A stretch of 64,000 bases of DNA from Takakia lepidozioides (lineage: Eukaryota; Plantae; Bryophyta), in NCBI GenBank assembly GCA_030704615.1, contig CM060731.1:93248001-93312000 (forward strand), given 5' to 3'. The position numbers were made by a program, and so were the translations under genes. Below, one piece after another: positions 48,126 through 62,942 of this stretch; positions within the stretch are counted from its first letter, which is position 1, and the number at the start of each line of letters is the position of its first letter. Under the pieces are notes generated by a model. It saw only the letters and a program-made list of their open reading frames with translations. It searched no databases and had not been told where the DNA came from.

Positions 48126-51100
48126 TCATCACCTTGCGCAAGGGTTCACCTCGAACCCCCTTTGACTAGGAAGATAACCTTGAACCAACCGTGCGCCCCA
48201 ATCACTACAATTGGGTCCGTCTTGGAATGCTGGCCTGAGGTACGGGAACACGTCGAAGCCGCACTACGACTTTGTCCCGAGGCTACACGATTATAGTACG
48301 TGAACGGAAGCACGTAGCTTCTGCGTTAGCCCGCACTACAAGGCAACCACCTCGGTAGCGCAGTTATAGTACACGCACGCGCCAGGTGCGCACTAGCACG
48401 TGAATTCCCAAAGAAGGCGCATGTTTCCTTGCCCCTTGGATGGGAGTCATCCGATTTCGGCACTGCGCAAACACACGATTAACCCAATTTACCTCTCCCA
48501 CTTTTGTAAGCTAGCATGCATTCTACACACTAGCCAACCACACCATGCATCACCATTCCAAACAAAATAGGACGCACAACATTTGGAATCCATTTCCTTT
48601 ATAACAAATTTTTGTACAATACAAGTTTTTGCAATCGGATTCCTGAGCTATCTAAGCCGGGCTAAGCATGCATTTCCTCCCCCACGCTCCAAGGTTGATG
48701 TCCCCATCAACACTTCTTCCGCTTTTGAGGTCGCCCTTCAAAAACTGCAACCGCCTCGGATGCGTTTCCCATTTCTGAGGCACGCACTCAAGATGCCTCC
48801 ACATGATGATAGCCCTTCCATTTGACGAGATACTCCGTTTGTCGGTTCTTGAACCTCCTCGACTTAAGTACTGCCTCCACCTCATACTCAGGTTCATTTT
48901 CATGATCCAACAGCACAGGTGGCGGACGCAACACTTGATGCCGATTCGGTCGCGCTTCATCTTTGAAGTAAGGCTTCAAAAGGGAGACGTGGAATACTGG
49001 ATGCACCTTGCTGTTTGCCGGCAGCTCCAATTCATGCACATCCTCATTCATAACCTTCCGGATGCGAAAGGGTCCCGCATACGGAGGTACGAACTTTGGA
49101 CTCACTTCCGGAGGTAGTCGGAAATTCTTGATGTTCAACCAGACCTCCGTGCCTGCCTCAAACTTCACTTCCCTCCGCTTCCGATTCGCTTGCCTTTCAT
49201 ACCGTTTCCTAGCTTTGGTAATGTTGTACTTTGCGAGCTTCAACAAACGCTCACGTTCTTCCAGTATCGCCGCTACTGCCGGTTCCTCAACGTCCTGGGC
49301 GGCCCAACTTGTCGGCACCAGAGGTGCTTTTCCATAGACCAATACGAAAGGGGAAACTCCCGTTGCGGAGTGTTCTGTGTTATTATAACAGAACTCTACC
49401 GCGTCTAAGTGTTCCACCCAGTCTGTTTGGTTTGCCGACACGTAATTCCGCAAGATCTGCTTCACTACAGAATTCACTCTTTCTGTTTGGCCGTCGGTCG
49501 TAGGTCGGAAGGCGGTGCTCATCTTCAGCCTCGTCCCCATCTTCTTCCAAAGTGCCCTCCAAAATTTACTCGTAAACTTTGGATCGCGGTCCGAGACAAT
49601 ATCCTTCGGGACTCCATGATGCTTTAAGACGTGGGCGAAGTAAAGTCACCCTGTTTCCTGCGCCGTTGCCGTCTCATTGGTGGGGATGAAATGGCCAATT
49701 TTACTGAACCTATCCACCACCACCATGATTGCATCGAATCCTTTTGACATCGGCATAGCAGTCATGAAATCCATCGAGACGCTTTCCCAAGTCCCCTCTG
49801 GAATCGGCAAGGGTTGTAACAGCCCCGCTTGCTTTTTGTACTCGCTCTGGTTTTGTTGGCATGTGGTGCATGTCTTGACATACTCCTCTGCCTCCTCCCT
49901 CAGTTTGGGCCAGAAATACTCTTTCTTCAAGAGTGCCGCAGTGCGCTTGGCTCCGCCGTGGCCCGCAAGCGGGCTATCATGGCATTCTCTCAAGAGGCTA
50001 TCTCTGATCCCTCCCTTCGGCACATAGAGACGCTTTTGCTTATACCGGAGCAGTCCATTTTGCAAGTGGAACTGTGATTTAACCCCCATCCTCAAGTCCT
50101 GCATCACGGACTTCGCCAGCTCATCCTTCCGGCAAGCCTTCCGGATCTTCCTTTGGAGCGACGTCTCGCCCTTGTACACCAACAAGAGCTGGTGCTTTCT
50201 ACTTAAAGCATCGGCCACCACGTTGTCTCGTCTCGGTTTGTACTGGATATCCACGTCGAACACCGCCAAAGTATCTTGCCACCTAAGTTGTTTTGGGGAC
50301 AACTTGGGCTGCGTGGCAAAATACTTCACCGTGACATTGTCCGTGAACACCTTCACCGGGTTGGAACCAACATAGTGGCGCCAAAACTCAAGACAGTGCA
50401 CCACCGTCTTCATCTCTTTCTCGTGCGTCGGCCACCGTCGCTCCACTTCATTCAGTTTCTTACTTTCGTAAGCCACTGGACGTCCATCTTGCATCAGTAC
50501 ACCCCCAATCGCGAAGTCCGACGCATCTGTATGTATCTCGAACGGACGATCGAACTCCGGGATTTTCAAGACTGGAGCTTCCGCCATCCGCTACTTCAAT
50601 TCAGGAAAAGCTTGGCCACAAAAGGTGTTCCATGCCCAGACTTTGGATTTACATAGAAGGTCTGACAGCGGCCCCACGATATTGGCGAAATTTCTCACAT
50701 ACTTCCGGTAATAGGAGGCGAGTCCTAGGAAGGATCGCACTCCCGGGACCGAAGTCGGAGGCTCCCAGTCCAAGATTGCCCTCACCTTCCTGTCATCCAT
50801 TCTGATCCCATCCCGTGTAATCACATGCCCCAGGAACTCCACTTTTGTGACCCCAAATTCGTACTTTGAAGCTTTGGCATACAACTTCCCTTCTCGCAAT
50901 TTTTGGAACACCCTTTTCAGGTGCTCCAGGTGCTCCTCCTTTGTTTTCGAGTACACCAAGATGTCGTCAATGTACACGATCACAAAGTCATCCAACCACT
51001 CCTGAAAAAGGCTGTTCATCAGCGTGCTAAATGTCGCTGGTGCATTGGTGAGCCCAAAAGGCATCACCAAGAATTCATATGAACCATACCTTGTCATGCA

Positions 51101-54045
51101 CGCGGTCTTCTCCTCATCTCCTTCCGCCACCCGAATTTGATGATAGCCGGAGCGCAAGTCGATCCGGCTGAAATACTTCGCTCCTGCCAACCGATCGAAG
51201 AGGTCGTCGATCCTTGGCAAAGGGTACCGGTTTTTGATAGTTACCTTATTCAGAGCCCTGTAATCGACACACATCTGCAGCGTCCCATCATTTTTATCTG
51301 CAAATAGCACCGGGGCTCCGTAAGGTGACTTACTCGGCCGGATGTACCCCTTTGACATTAGATCTTTGAGCTGAGTCTTCAGCTCGACAACTCTCTGTGG
51401 CTCAACCGGTAGGGCGCCTTGGCAGGCGGTTCCGATCCCGGTATCACCTCAATCTTGTGGTCAACTCCTCTTCGCGGTGGCAAACCGCATGGTAAATCCT
51501 CCGGCATCACATCATGGTATTTCTCCAAAATCCCCTTGATCCAATCTGGGCTCGGTTCCCCATCGCCTTCTCCCTTCACTTCTCTAATGTAGAGCAAAAA
51601 CTGGGGCTCGTGTGCCTCCTCCACGGCCCACTCCCTTGCTGACAGAAGGTTTATTCGCCCTCCCACGGGTTTGGGCATTTCCGACACTCGTAAGACCTCG
51701 CCACCATTCCCACATGGCAGCGTGACTACTCTCTTGCGGCCATCTATGACCGCTCCGGATTTGCTCAAAAAGGTCATCCCCAATATGAGATCCACTCCAT
51801 CGATCTCGCAGATGGTGAAGTTCTCACGTCCCTCCCACCTCCCCAGTTGAAGAGGAACATCAAACGCCAACCTTGTCGCCAATTGCGGTTCTCCTTTGGC
51901 AGAACGCACCTCAATAGAGGCCCCCACGTCACTTGTCAGGAGTCCCAGCTTTTGTGCCGTTGTCGGTGTCATGAAGGAGTGCGACGCTCCTGTGTCCACC
52001 AACAACGACACGTTAGTTCCGGATATTATCCCATCCACGAACAATAACTGACTCCCTTTACGTAAGGCGCCAGTTTCTTGATACAACTCACAAGAAAATT
52101 TGCCTACCTTGCAAGTCCTGGCGACCACCGCTTCCACCAAGCGACTGATGGTATCTTCCGACAGCTCTGTGGTCGCCCGAGTCATGTTCAATTGCCGGGG
52201 CTTCGTGCACTTCTTGGCCATGTGCCCGGGCTCCCCGCAATTGAAACACACTCCATCAAAGGTTGCCTTCTGTCCGCCATAGGCCGCTCCACCCGCTTTT
52301 CCTTTCGAAGCACCGGGTGCCGCCTTGACTGGTGATGGCCCTCCCTTTGATTTCCACGTGCCATTGTCGCCGCGTGGCCTATCCCACTTCTTTTCCGGTC
52401 GGAAGGAGTCACCTTCCCGCCGGGTCTTCTTGTGGTTCAGCTCCGTACGGCCTTGTCTTTCACCCCTAGGGACATCCGAGAAACATTCAGCCCTCTCAAT
52501 TGCCTCGTTCAAAGTCTTAGGTGGCTTCTCCTCCAACTTCCGCCTGGCCCATGGGGCCAGTCCCGCCACAAAGTTGAAGACCATTTCCGGTTCTGCCATG
52601 TCTGCGACTTCGAGCAAAAGCACATTGAAAGCCTGGACATATCCCCGAATGTCATCTGTTTGCTTCAAATTCCTCATCTTGTCCCGGGCAAGCCAGGACA
52701 CGTTGAGGGGCATAAACTGTCTCTTCATCAATTCCTTGAACCCACTCCAGTTCAAGGTTTTCGGGCTTGGACCTCGGTCGTGAAGGCGTTTCTGACCATT
52801 GTTGAGCATAGCCCCTCAAATAGGTGGGAGCCACTTCCACCCGATCCTCGTCACTCAACTTGGCCGCCCGGAAGTACTGCTCTAGCTCCAGGAGCCAGGT
52901 GTTGAGTGCCTTCCGATTTTGGACGCCCTCGAAGGTGCCGGGTTCCTTAGGCTTCACCTTAAACTTTGCCTTAGTGGAAGTGGCATTAGCCGCCTTCAAC
53001 ACGTCTTTCAGCGTCCCGCCAAACTGCGCCAACAACCCTTCCCAAAAGGCTGCCGGCATGGGAGGCATCTGTTGATCAGTCGGAGCTCTCAGGGATTCCT
53101 CGGGCTCCGACTCCTCGGATTCCTCCCGCTCTTGAGCGGCCTCGTTTTCGGAAACATGCATCGCTTCCTCAAACGGCCGCCTCGGTGACACGTCGCCCCC
53201 ATCGGGCTCACCAGGATCATCATCTTTGGGCCGTTCCGCTTTCGCTTTGGCTTGCCCGACCCCATGATGAGGCCAATCCCAAGGACGATCACGTACTGAA
53301 CTCTAAGCTCTGATATCAAGTGTCGTGCACCTCACTTCGGTAAGCTCCCCTTCAAGTCATAGTTACCGGTTTGATGCGCGCGCCTAACTCCCAACCTGGC
53401 CGCTTGGCCAACTTGGAGCTTCGGCTACTCACCGGGGCATAACGGTCCCCTTTGATCTCCCAAAGAACCCTCCACCGATTTGGGCCCAACGGGAATTCCC
53501 TTTGGTAGTTGGCAGTCCGGAACAGCTCCCCATTCTTTGGTCGCTTTCCGGCTCGCTCGCTTACTCACTAGTTTTTTGTCACCAACGGGCTTGCACCGTT
53601 CTCGGGGTTACTACTCCCTATATATACTTCTGTAGCTGTCCGCGGGGGTTTCACAAACAACCATGCCATTTTATGGCGAACCACCACGAAAACCCTCGAC
53701 TCCCGGTGATGAGTCGCGGTGAGTCTTGGCCCACCCACCATGGCCCCTATGGACCGTGATGAGTCCCAAGACTCCCCACGACTCCCACCACGAGGTCTCC
53801 GCCCCAAGGTGAGTCCTATGCAACCCCCACTAAGTCCCGCTAAGCTACCACCACCCCTTTGTGAAGCCACCCCCACCGCATCTTGGTGTGCGGGGCTCCA
53901 CCTAGTGAGCACCTCCGCCTCCTTGAGTGCCTTGGGCACTCAAGGGTGCTTCAACCCCCCGTACCTATCGCTGCCACTGCCCCCACCACAGGGGCAGCCC
54001 CTCATGTGTCCCGACCCCCTGCCCTCAAGGCAAAGGGCCGCGACA
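48126..54045 (-). mobile_element. Chromovirus element 2: 5' LTR (53321-54045), degenerate PBS and disrupted gag-pol; 3' LTR missing
   Basis: gag CFNCGEPGHMAKKC, protease LVDTGAS, YIDD, integrase, chromodomain; multiple stops and frameshifts. Confidence 0.93.
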
Positions 54046-54588
54046 GGTGAAGTGCGACCACATCACGTTTTTGTGCGTTTGCAATGCTTGTGCAAGCCTG
54101 GCAGCCCTGGAAAAGGGAAAAGGGTGCATGGTGACATCATCAAAGCTGGAATTGTACCAAATGTCATTCTGGACAGTGCCCTGGTGGACATGTATGCGAA
54201 ATGTGGGTGCATTGAGGATGCAAAGGGAGTATTTGACAATGTGGCTGAATGAAATGTGGTGTCGTGGAATCCGATGATCGCATGATATGCCTAGCATGTT
54301 TGTCATAGGGAGGTCCTGCAACTATTTGAAGGAATGCAAAAGAATGGCTTGAAGCTGGACAGTATCACCTTTATATGTGTTCTCTCTGCATGCAGCCACA
54401 CTGGCCTACTGAATGAAGGAAGACGCTACTTCGATTCCCTGAGTCAACATCTGGTGTCACCCTGCCAGTAAAGCACTTTGGCTGCATATATGGTGGACCT
54501 TTTGGACGTGCGGGACAACTACATGAGGCAAGGTACCTGATTAATAAAATGCGAATCAATCCAGATGTTGTGGTGTGGAAAACCTTGC
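54046..54588 (+). pseudogene. PLS/E-class PPR gene remnant abutting the LTR
   Basis: ITFLCVCNACASLAALEKGK, SALVDMYAKCG, VVSWN, ITFICVLSACSHTG, GRAGQL, PDVVVWKTL, with stops and frameshifts. Confidence 0.85.
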
Positions 54589-54589
54589 A

Positions 54590-54885
54590 TGTAACCCTCC
54601 ACTTGGTGTAACCCTCTGAAACCCCGATTTCTCATGTAACTCTGGTTGGTCCATTTTATACTTAACCACATTTGGACTTAGTCAAATTTCGAGACCAAGT
54701 GTGGGTTACACCGACTGGAGTTACACTCCATTCTGTGTAACCCCGAGTGGAGTTACACACCTTGTCGTGTAACCCGATGTAACCCTGAGTGGAGTTACAC
54801 ACCTCGTCGTGTAACCCGATGTAACCCCGAGTGGAGTTACACACCTCGTCGTGTAATCCGATGTAACCCCGACTGGAGTTGACAC
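54590..54885. repeat. Short tandem array (42-bp unit, ~3.5 copies) built of TGTAAC/GTTACA inverted motifs
   Basis: gtaaccccgagtggagttacacacctcgtcgtgtaacccgat repeated over 54737-54885. Confidence 0.85.
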
Positions 54886-56056
54886 TCTTTCAGTTCCATG
54901 TCACTCTCAAGAGAGGGTGGGGAAGATTTGACATGCCGGAAACCAGCATACCAACCTGTCAGAGGTTGCACGTGCGTTAATTTCTTACATTATTCCGATT
55001 ATCTTCCCTGCAATTGCTTGGTCAAACCTGACATTGCAAGTTTCTTCCCAAAAAGAAAACAACCCCCACCAAAATACTATAATCTTGAAATTTTTGTGGT
55101 GAAATTTTTTGCAATTTGGTATCTATGGATGGATGTGGTAGGTAGCCACTGATTTATAAGGTTCATATTTTTGGATGTACTATGTTAGGTGTGTCCAGGC
55201 CCCAGGGGTAAGAAAATTTAAGGGCAAAAAAACCCTATCTGTAGGAAGTTAAGTGTTATTGTACAAGAGTCATGGAGGTGATATATGTAATGACGCTGCT
55301 CTCACTCATGATTCTTCATTCTAAAATCTTCATTATTTGCAACTAAAATGATTTATAATGGTAGATAATTTTCTCAACTACTTGTGCTTCAGCCAACAAG
55401 CCAAGAATGCTACTCTATTTATGCTCAACTTCATGGTTGGGCTTGTATGTACACTTTATTGCTCATTGGCACGCACCTGTAATTTTCCAAACAACACTAA
55501 TTAAGGTTGTGTAGCTACAGCACTACATGCTGGTAAACTGGCAAAGTAGGTAACAACAGAACTTTCATTTCTGCATTTCAGGTAACTTTCCCTTCTGGTT
55601 ACAATATTTCGTGAAGGGGCTGTAAAACCAAGAGTTTTGCACTGCCCAGTCATGCCCCAGGTTGGAGTAAGCCAAGAGAGGCCTAATCAGAGTGAATTTT
55701 CTGTAACTGAAAAGGGGTCAGCTCTCTATACTTCCCTCACTTGCACATTAAGATGCTCTCTGGGGGCTGAGACCTTCAGACATAACCACCAATATGATGT
55801 TTCAATGTGAAGTTACCAGAGTCTACTGGCAGTGGTTCTCTGCATGTGAGAGCAAATGCTTGCTTTAAGCTTTTACTCTGCTAAACCTGAGACTAATATT
55901 GTAGGGTACTAGCTAACAATTTGATATGGCAAGCTCAAATCATTCTAGGCATATAGGCACAGGCCACTGACACAGGACTCTTGCAGTGGTCAAGTGCAGA
56001 AGTTCCAATCCATCAACTTTTCCGAAGCAGATTTCACAATGTGAGAACATGTGTTA

Positions 56057-59000
56057 TCAGCCACCACATGACATGCACTCATCTTTGTTTTCCAGTGAGC
56101 ATGCTAACTGGGCCATTTTTGTCTTCAAATCCACATCTGTCATGGTTTGTTTACTCTGCAACACAAGTACAGACATTGTAGGAGTGTCATTTCAATGTAT
56201 GGATAGAGAATGTGCGACCTCCCAAATGATTTGAAATTTAGATAGTTCATGCTGGACCCTTCTTACATGACTTAGTGGCTCATGTGCAGAATTGACTTTT
56301 GTCTGACTTATATCATTGTCTCAGAGTGTCATCAGGGAAGTCAAAGGGCGCTGCTGGCTTGGTCAATTGATGAAAGTCAGGTATTATGAACTCCTGCAAA
56401 AAGATATTCAATTTGGAATATGCAGATTAGCTTAAAATGGTTGGGAGAAGAGGAATGAAGTGAGCAGTTACACTGATACTGTTGAAAAGATCCTTAAGTG
56501 GTCAGCTGGATAGAGAAATACCTTTAGGCTACTGGGATCCACAGTGTACTTTATGGCATCAGCTGCAGCACGCGACCGCAAGTAGTACATGCCCGTCTTA
56601 AGACCCTGCCAATTTGCACAATTGCAAAGAAAGCATTCCATCACAACCATGGTGTTAATATCTCACTTCAACAAATATAAGTCAAATTCACTATCATCAA
56701 GATGGCTGACTATTATTGGGATGGAAACCATGCTGGATGAGCAAAGTGAGATGGGATCCAACATCCAAATCATAACAAAGAAGCATCTTCATCAGATCTT
56801 CATCTAATTCAACGAGGCAATGAAAGGAGGCAATTAGGTAGCCAAGTTTGCAGGCTTGCACCTTTGACCAGGTGTAGAAGTGCAGAGATGTCAGCTTCCC
56901 AAAGTTGGGTTGGTCCATGTGAATGTTGAGGCTTTGGCTCTGGTCAATGAAGGCCCCTCGCTCAGCAGCCATGTCCACAATGGATCGTTGTTTTATTTCC
57001 CATACCGTCCTACAAAAACAACAAAGCAAATATGTGCCTGTGAGAAGCAGAAGAGGGGACTCAAAAGTCAGAAAGGGATGTAATCATTAGCTAGGTGCCG
57101 AAAGAATGTCACTTAGGGTTTAGAAAGGCAGGGAAGGATTACATATTGTGGAGGTCAAAGGATGCAGATATGTACAGGAAGATGGGGGATTTAGCTGTGT
57201 AAGGCATCTATGCAAAGCCCAGAGAGCAGGCACCAACTCTGCAAGCATACCCAATAAGGGCACAAGAGCTACCTGTATATGCATTTGAGATCTTCAGGTA
57301 TCCCATCTATCTGTTGAATGGAGCCATTGTTGTAGATGATCTGGTTTTTCAACTCAGGAGTCCATATACCCATGTTGGTCAAATCATTTAGCAGATGCTT
57401 GTTCACCACCACAAATTCACCACTGAACAGGACAAGTTGAGCAAACACATCAAATTAGAGACAGCAAGTCCTGGCGGAATGCATCAGTTCTAAACAAGGC
57501 ACAGATACAGGGTGTGAAATCCAACAGAATGCCAGTCACTATCACTCTGCCAATGAGGAAGAGTAACTACTATGCCTTGTTCTTACTTCTGTTCAATGTA
57601 TAGAACTCTCTGAAGAATGAAAAGACTTTCCAATTTTGAGGACAGTCAGAATAAAATAGTAGAGCTCACTGTGTTGGGCAAGGCACAATGCTCACAACTA
57701 TCTTTCCTCTCTAGGTGAATCCCCTCCCACTTGAAGCACTAGGCTTGTTGTAGAATCTGATCCTTCTCCTTGGCAATCACTCTAGGTGCCGTCTCCAGAT
57801 GTGGATAAACAAGGGAAACAAAGGGTTCCGCTCTATATTATAGCCTGAACCAGCTGTTCAAAAGACAAATTGCAGATATGGAACAGGTGAGGTTGCAGGT
57901 TTCTAAGTGGATTGCAACCTGAAATAGGTACTGGTTATCAATGAACCTGATCAACATTTACCAGGACCTGAACAGCACAATGAGTGCAGGTTCAGATCCT
58001 GGCACATCTACCACACTGCCAAAACTGTCAGGTCCAAGGATGAAATTTCACCTTAATACTCGACGGCTGTAGATGTTTGAGGTGTAAGGCTCAAAGCACT
58101 CATTGTTTCCCAGTATTTGGCTGGTGGAAGCAGTTGGCATTGGTGCCACTAGAAGGGAGTTTCGCACACCTGTCCTTGCTATTTTCTGTCGCAAGGCATC
58201 CCAATTCCAGCGATCCGAGGGCTGAATGTTCCACATGTCTGGTTGTAAGATTCCCTGCAAAAAAGCAAACATTAGGTGAGCAAATACTCTCACTCTCTAC
58301 TCAAGAAATGGCTTTGTTTGGTGCACATGAAAGAAAAGGAGAGACTGGCAGCAGAAAGGTTGGAGTTGAGGGGGTCAAGGTAAACCTCACCTTGCTAACA
58401 GGACAGCCAGCATACGTCTCATAGACACCCTCCTCGCCTGCTAAGTCAGCTGATGTATTAAGTGCATGGTAGTAGATTGTCTCAAAAATGTCTCGATTTA
58501 GATTCTGGGCCTGAAGTCATGCAAACAGCTAAGAATTACTTCACCTTGTGCCATTGAAGGGATTTCAAACTCACATATTTCACAAACATAGCCTTTCACT
58601 AAAGACCTGTGACCTGGAGCTGACAAGATGTGTAAGAAAACACTTCGGAATACACAGACCCTGGAAGAACGCTGCAAAATATGTTTAATTTAGTTTCTGG
58701 GCTTGCAGTTTAGTTCCCCTCGAGACATTGCTGTGAGCAGGACACATTATCCAGCGTACAGTGCCCAATGTATTTGTTGTCAGGGGAGGAGACTCTGATA
58801 GAAGGGTATCCTGGGAAATCTTAATCTACTAACTTCATACAAGAGAACCAGTAACAAACACAACTTCCATGTCATTGGGATTAGATCAATTACTAAACCC
58901 AAATCTCAGCCTGGGGTTCAAATGCACTCTCCCCAAGACAAGCAGATAACTGACCTCCTTAGAATCAAAGGCCATGCCAAGCAAGATAAAGGCATCAGCC

Positions 59001-62000
59001 AGGCCCTGCACCCCTAAGCCGATGGGCCTGTGACGCAAATTAGAGCGCTTTGCTGTCTCAACTGGGTAGTAGTTCACGTCAATAATTTTGTTGAGATTGC
59101 GTGTCACCAGGGCTGTGATCTACCACAAGTCAACAAATCAGACTCAGAATATACCTCAATCACGGCCTCTATCACCTACTTGTTAGAACTGTGAAGTACA
59201 ACAGTAATGCAAGCCTGGAGCAACAACAAAAGTGCAAACTCACCTCTCCAAGCTTCTCAAAATCAAAGTATCGATTTGTGTGACATCTACTGCCAATGAG
59301 TTTTGTTGGGTGTGATTCCATGGGGACGTCCTGCTTTCACCACCACAGTAAATGAGGTCAGGGTTTTTAAGTTCACAAACTGCTTCAGTGCCAACTTGAT
59401 CGACATCTGTCCAACAATGAATCTTGTCAGAAGGGTTTCATTGCAACATTGTAAGAAGGCAAGGAACGGTATTCTCAATGTGATGGTTAAGGAGAATCAA
59501 CTTCTGTATAATCTGATGTCCATAGTTCTGCTTTCTGCAACAAAACAGTCTAACAGCTCACCTTTTCACGAACACAGCGAGGAAGAGCCAGGGAGGCCAA
59601 GTTGCAAACAGCCATTTCTTCAGGACTTGAAAACTCTACAATCTCCGTGCATAAATTAGAGGACTTGATGGTGCCCAGGTTTTGTTGATTGCTCTTCCTG
59701 TTGCATGCATCCTACACTCAAACCAACCATTCAATCCATAAGGCTGCACAATAAATCCCACCATTAACAGTAATAGAGAAGGGCAGTACAACACCATCCT
59801 TAGTGTCAGCTCACAGAATGAGCATATTCAGCACAAGCAGGAGATAGCAACCTTGTAAAGCATGTAAGGATTGCCAGTCTCAATTTGTGCTTCCAAAATT
59901 GAAAACCATAGCTTCTGTGCTTGCACCACCCTCTTGGCCTTACCCTGTTAAAAAACACCACACTGGATCAGGAGAAGATCTAAAGCCAGCTGCTGATATG
60001 GAAGTGCAATCTACTAGCATGTAGAAAATACAAATGATCTTTTCACAGCATACATTCTGCTTTTGTGATGATAAGAGGAACATCTAAGGCATCAGCTACA
60101 AGTTGCAGGTAGATTTAGTGATCAGAGATCATTACGGAGAATTTTACTGAACATATTATGATCCAACAATTGGAAAGCCTCCCATGGGTGGAGGCTCAGT
60201 CAAAACTCAACAATACGAGGAAAGTAACCTCAGAGGGGACAGTGTAATGTTACCTAACTCCTTTAACTACCTTGTGTACGAGCCTCTCAAAACTATCAAC
60301 CCAGCAGTCCACAGACCAAGTAACAGCAGCTTGTCACTGGGACCAGAAAAGAGACAATGGTCCCCATTTCTTGCGACCGATGCATGGAACAAGATCAAGG
60401 GATCCACAGCCCATAGAAAACTTAGTTCACCCCCCGTGCGCGGGCTCTCCTACTGCAAGTAAACAACTGTCAGGTTGCCAATCCAAAAAAGGTGAGCTAC
60501 AGCAAACCTTAGCATCAAAAACAGAATCTGGACACCTAAGAGCCTTTCAATCATCTAAATGTTATGTTCCATGTAGAGTCAGAAATCACCCAGGACATGT
60601 CCTTTATGCCTTCAGTCTGGTATCCCTGCAAGTGGTTGACAGTCTAGCTCGTATTCACTGATGCCACATCAAGCAGTGCTCCCTATATTATGATTGGTAA
60701 TTACTAATTCCTTTTCTCACAAACCTCAATCATTAATTCTCAATGCAAAGTCAATAGCGTGAAAGATAAATCTCTGAAGGAACCAATTTCATAAGAATTG
60801 ACCAGCTACCTTGCCATGGTTCTTTCTCAAGTCAAGCCAGTCAAAGATGTCAGCATGCCATGGCTCAAGGTACACAGCAAATGCACCTGCATCCATGGCC
60901 ATACAATCATTACCAATCAATAACTAAAAATGAATTGGAGCTTGCCTCCAATCACTCAGCAGCAGAACAACCTCAACTAATAGTCCTCTTTGAACAAAGT
61001 TAACCACTAGTATGGTCAGCGAAGGAAACGACCTCTAACCAGAAACATCAGAACATAGCTTACCTTTCCTCTTGCCACCACCTTGGTCAACATACCGAGC
61101 TGTGTCATTGAACACCCTCAGCATTGGAATTATGCCATTAGATGTGCCATTAGTACCACGGATGTAGCTGCCAGTTGCACGGATACAGTGCGCTGACAGC
61201 CCAATTCCCCCAGCAGACTTGCTGATCACAGCACACTCTTTCAGTGTGTCATAAATGCCCTCAATGCTGTCCTCTTTCATACACACCAGGAAGCAACTGC
61301 TGAGCTGCAACATCCTCCCAGTTGGAAGTCCAGTGAGATTTTGTTACACTGTACACCTTAGAACATATATGCAAAGATCTTGCACCTGACACTGCCACTC
61401 CTGTGACTCACTTTTGGTAAGGGTATACTGGAAACTGAATGCATCCATGAATTCCACAACAATATTACGTTCAGAATGAAACCTGGGGCCTTGGATTCCC
61501 AGCATTGAAGAGAGTGGGTGAACCATGGGTGAACCACCGCTGTGACATTGTGTGGTAAGTCTTAAGAGCAGCTTCAATGTCATTCTTGTGAATACCCACA
61601 GAGACTCTCATCAGCATGTGCTGGGGCCTTTCCACCACTTGGCCATTGACTTTCAGAAGGTACGATCGCTCAAGGGTTTTGAACCCAAAGTAATCATAGT
61701 CAAAATCCCTGTCATAAATGATCTCACTATCCAGCCGTGCTGCATTCTGCAAGAAGAAAACAAATGAAGACTGTTACAGTCCAGATTCACATGGTTGACC
61801 AAACACATTCCTTTATTTGCCATCATCCTTTTCTTAGACCCCCTTCTATGATGGACCTGTCCTGCCACCCACACCATGTTTTGCAGTTCTTGCAAGTTAA
61901 TGAGGTACTGAACTACTAACCCCCACACTCACTTGCTGTAGATGAGACAAATTGATGAGGTCCTCACCTGCATGATTATTTCGTACACATCATCTGCAAT

Positions 62001-62670
62001 AAGTTCTGCTTTCTGGTTTGACTTGTCATTCACATGGAAGTACATATCTTTGATCCTGTAGAAACAAGAAACCATACAGATGCATTTGTAAGTCTGATAC
62101 CACAGGAAGGGCAGCTAATAGACATCATAGTGTGGGGTGCAGGAATGTAATACAATTAGAGCAACAAGCAGGGGCAGAATACATACGTCTCTGAAAAAGA
62201 CTTTTTGGTCTTCTTATGCAAATTGGAGACTGCAATCCTGGCTGCAAGCTGCATTCAGGAACACCAAATGGTAAATGCAGTACCTCACTGGTATCAACCA
62301 GACTGCCTGATATAGCCTCGGCTCATGTCCAGCTCTCATTCCAAATGGAGCATGGCAATCTGCTCATCAGCATCACTCTAATAGTGTTTACACGGTGAGC
62401 ACAAGTCAACAAAGAGTTGCAACCTCTCAGCACCTAATCAGAAATGTAGTTTGTATGCACATGCCAGATGCTTCTCCTAATAATACATATTATAAGGAAC
62501 TTACTGGCTGCTTCAGGTCAATGCAAAATGTGTGTGTGTGTGGAGAGAGAGAAATGAAATGAAATGAAATGGTGCTTTATAACGTCCGCGGAAAGCTCAT
62601 AGAGCTTATGGGACAAAATGGAAGAGAACATGAGAGAGGAAACAAAAAACCAGAGCGAAGGATAAAAACT

Positions 62671-62701
<31 letters not shown>

Positions 62702-62942
62702 TTCCAGGACTCACAATTGCATAGTCAGGATGGTTGGTAGTCATGGCCGCAGCAGTCTCAGCAGCCAATTCATCGAGCTGGCTGGTGGTGACTCCCTTGT
62801 AAACCCCCATACACACTTTCTGAGCAACTAGCACCGGTTCACAGTGATCTGGGTGCAAGCCATAGCTCAGCTTCTTCAGCCGTGCGGTGATTTTGTCAAA
62901 ATGTACGGACTCCTGCCTGCCGTCTCTTTTTATCACATACAT
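56057..62942 (-). CDS. RNR1: Ribonucleoside-diphosphate reductase large subunit (multi-exon)
   Basis: ATP cone [55 protein letters not shown]. Last exon 56057-56155 ends [18 protein letters not shown] introns. One exon (~60254-60452) is corrupted. Confidence 0.96.

Noticed and set aside
42384-54045. One intact 11.7-kb LTR retrotransposon
   Set aside because: The flanks do not match (tactt versus ggtga), the LTRs are diverged, and the interior holds two pol regions and an inverted LTR-gag piece.
56310-56393. Possible alternative last RNR1 exon lacking the CxxC tail
   Set aside because: Only an AG plus a short open frame; the canonical terminal exon exists at 56057-56155 and there is no transcript evidence.
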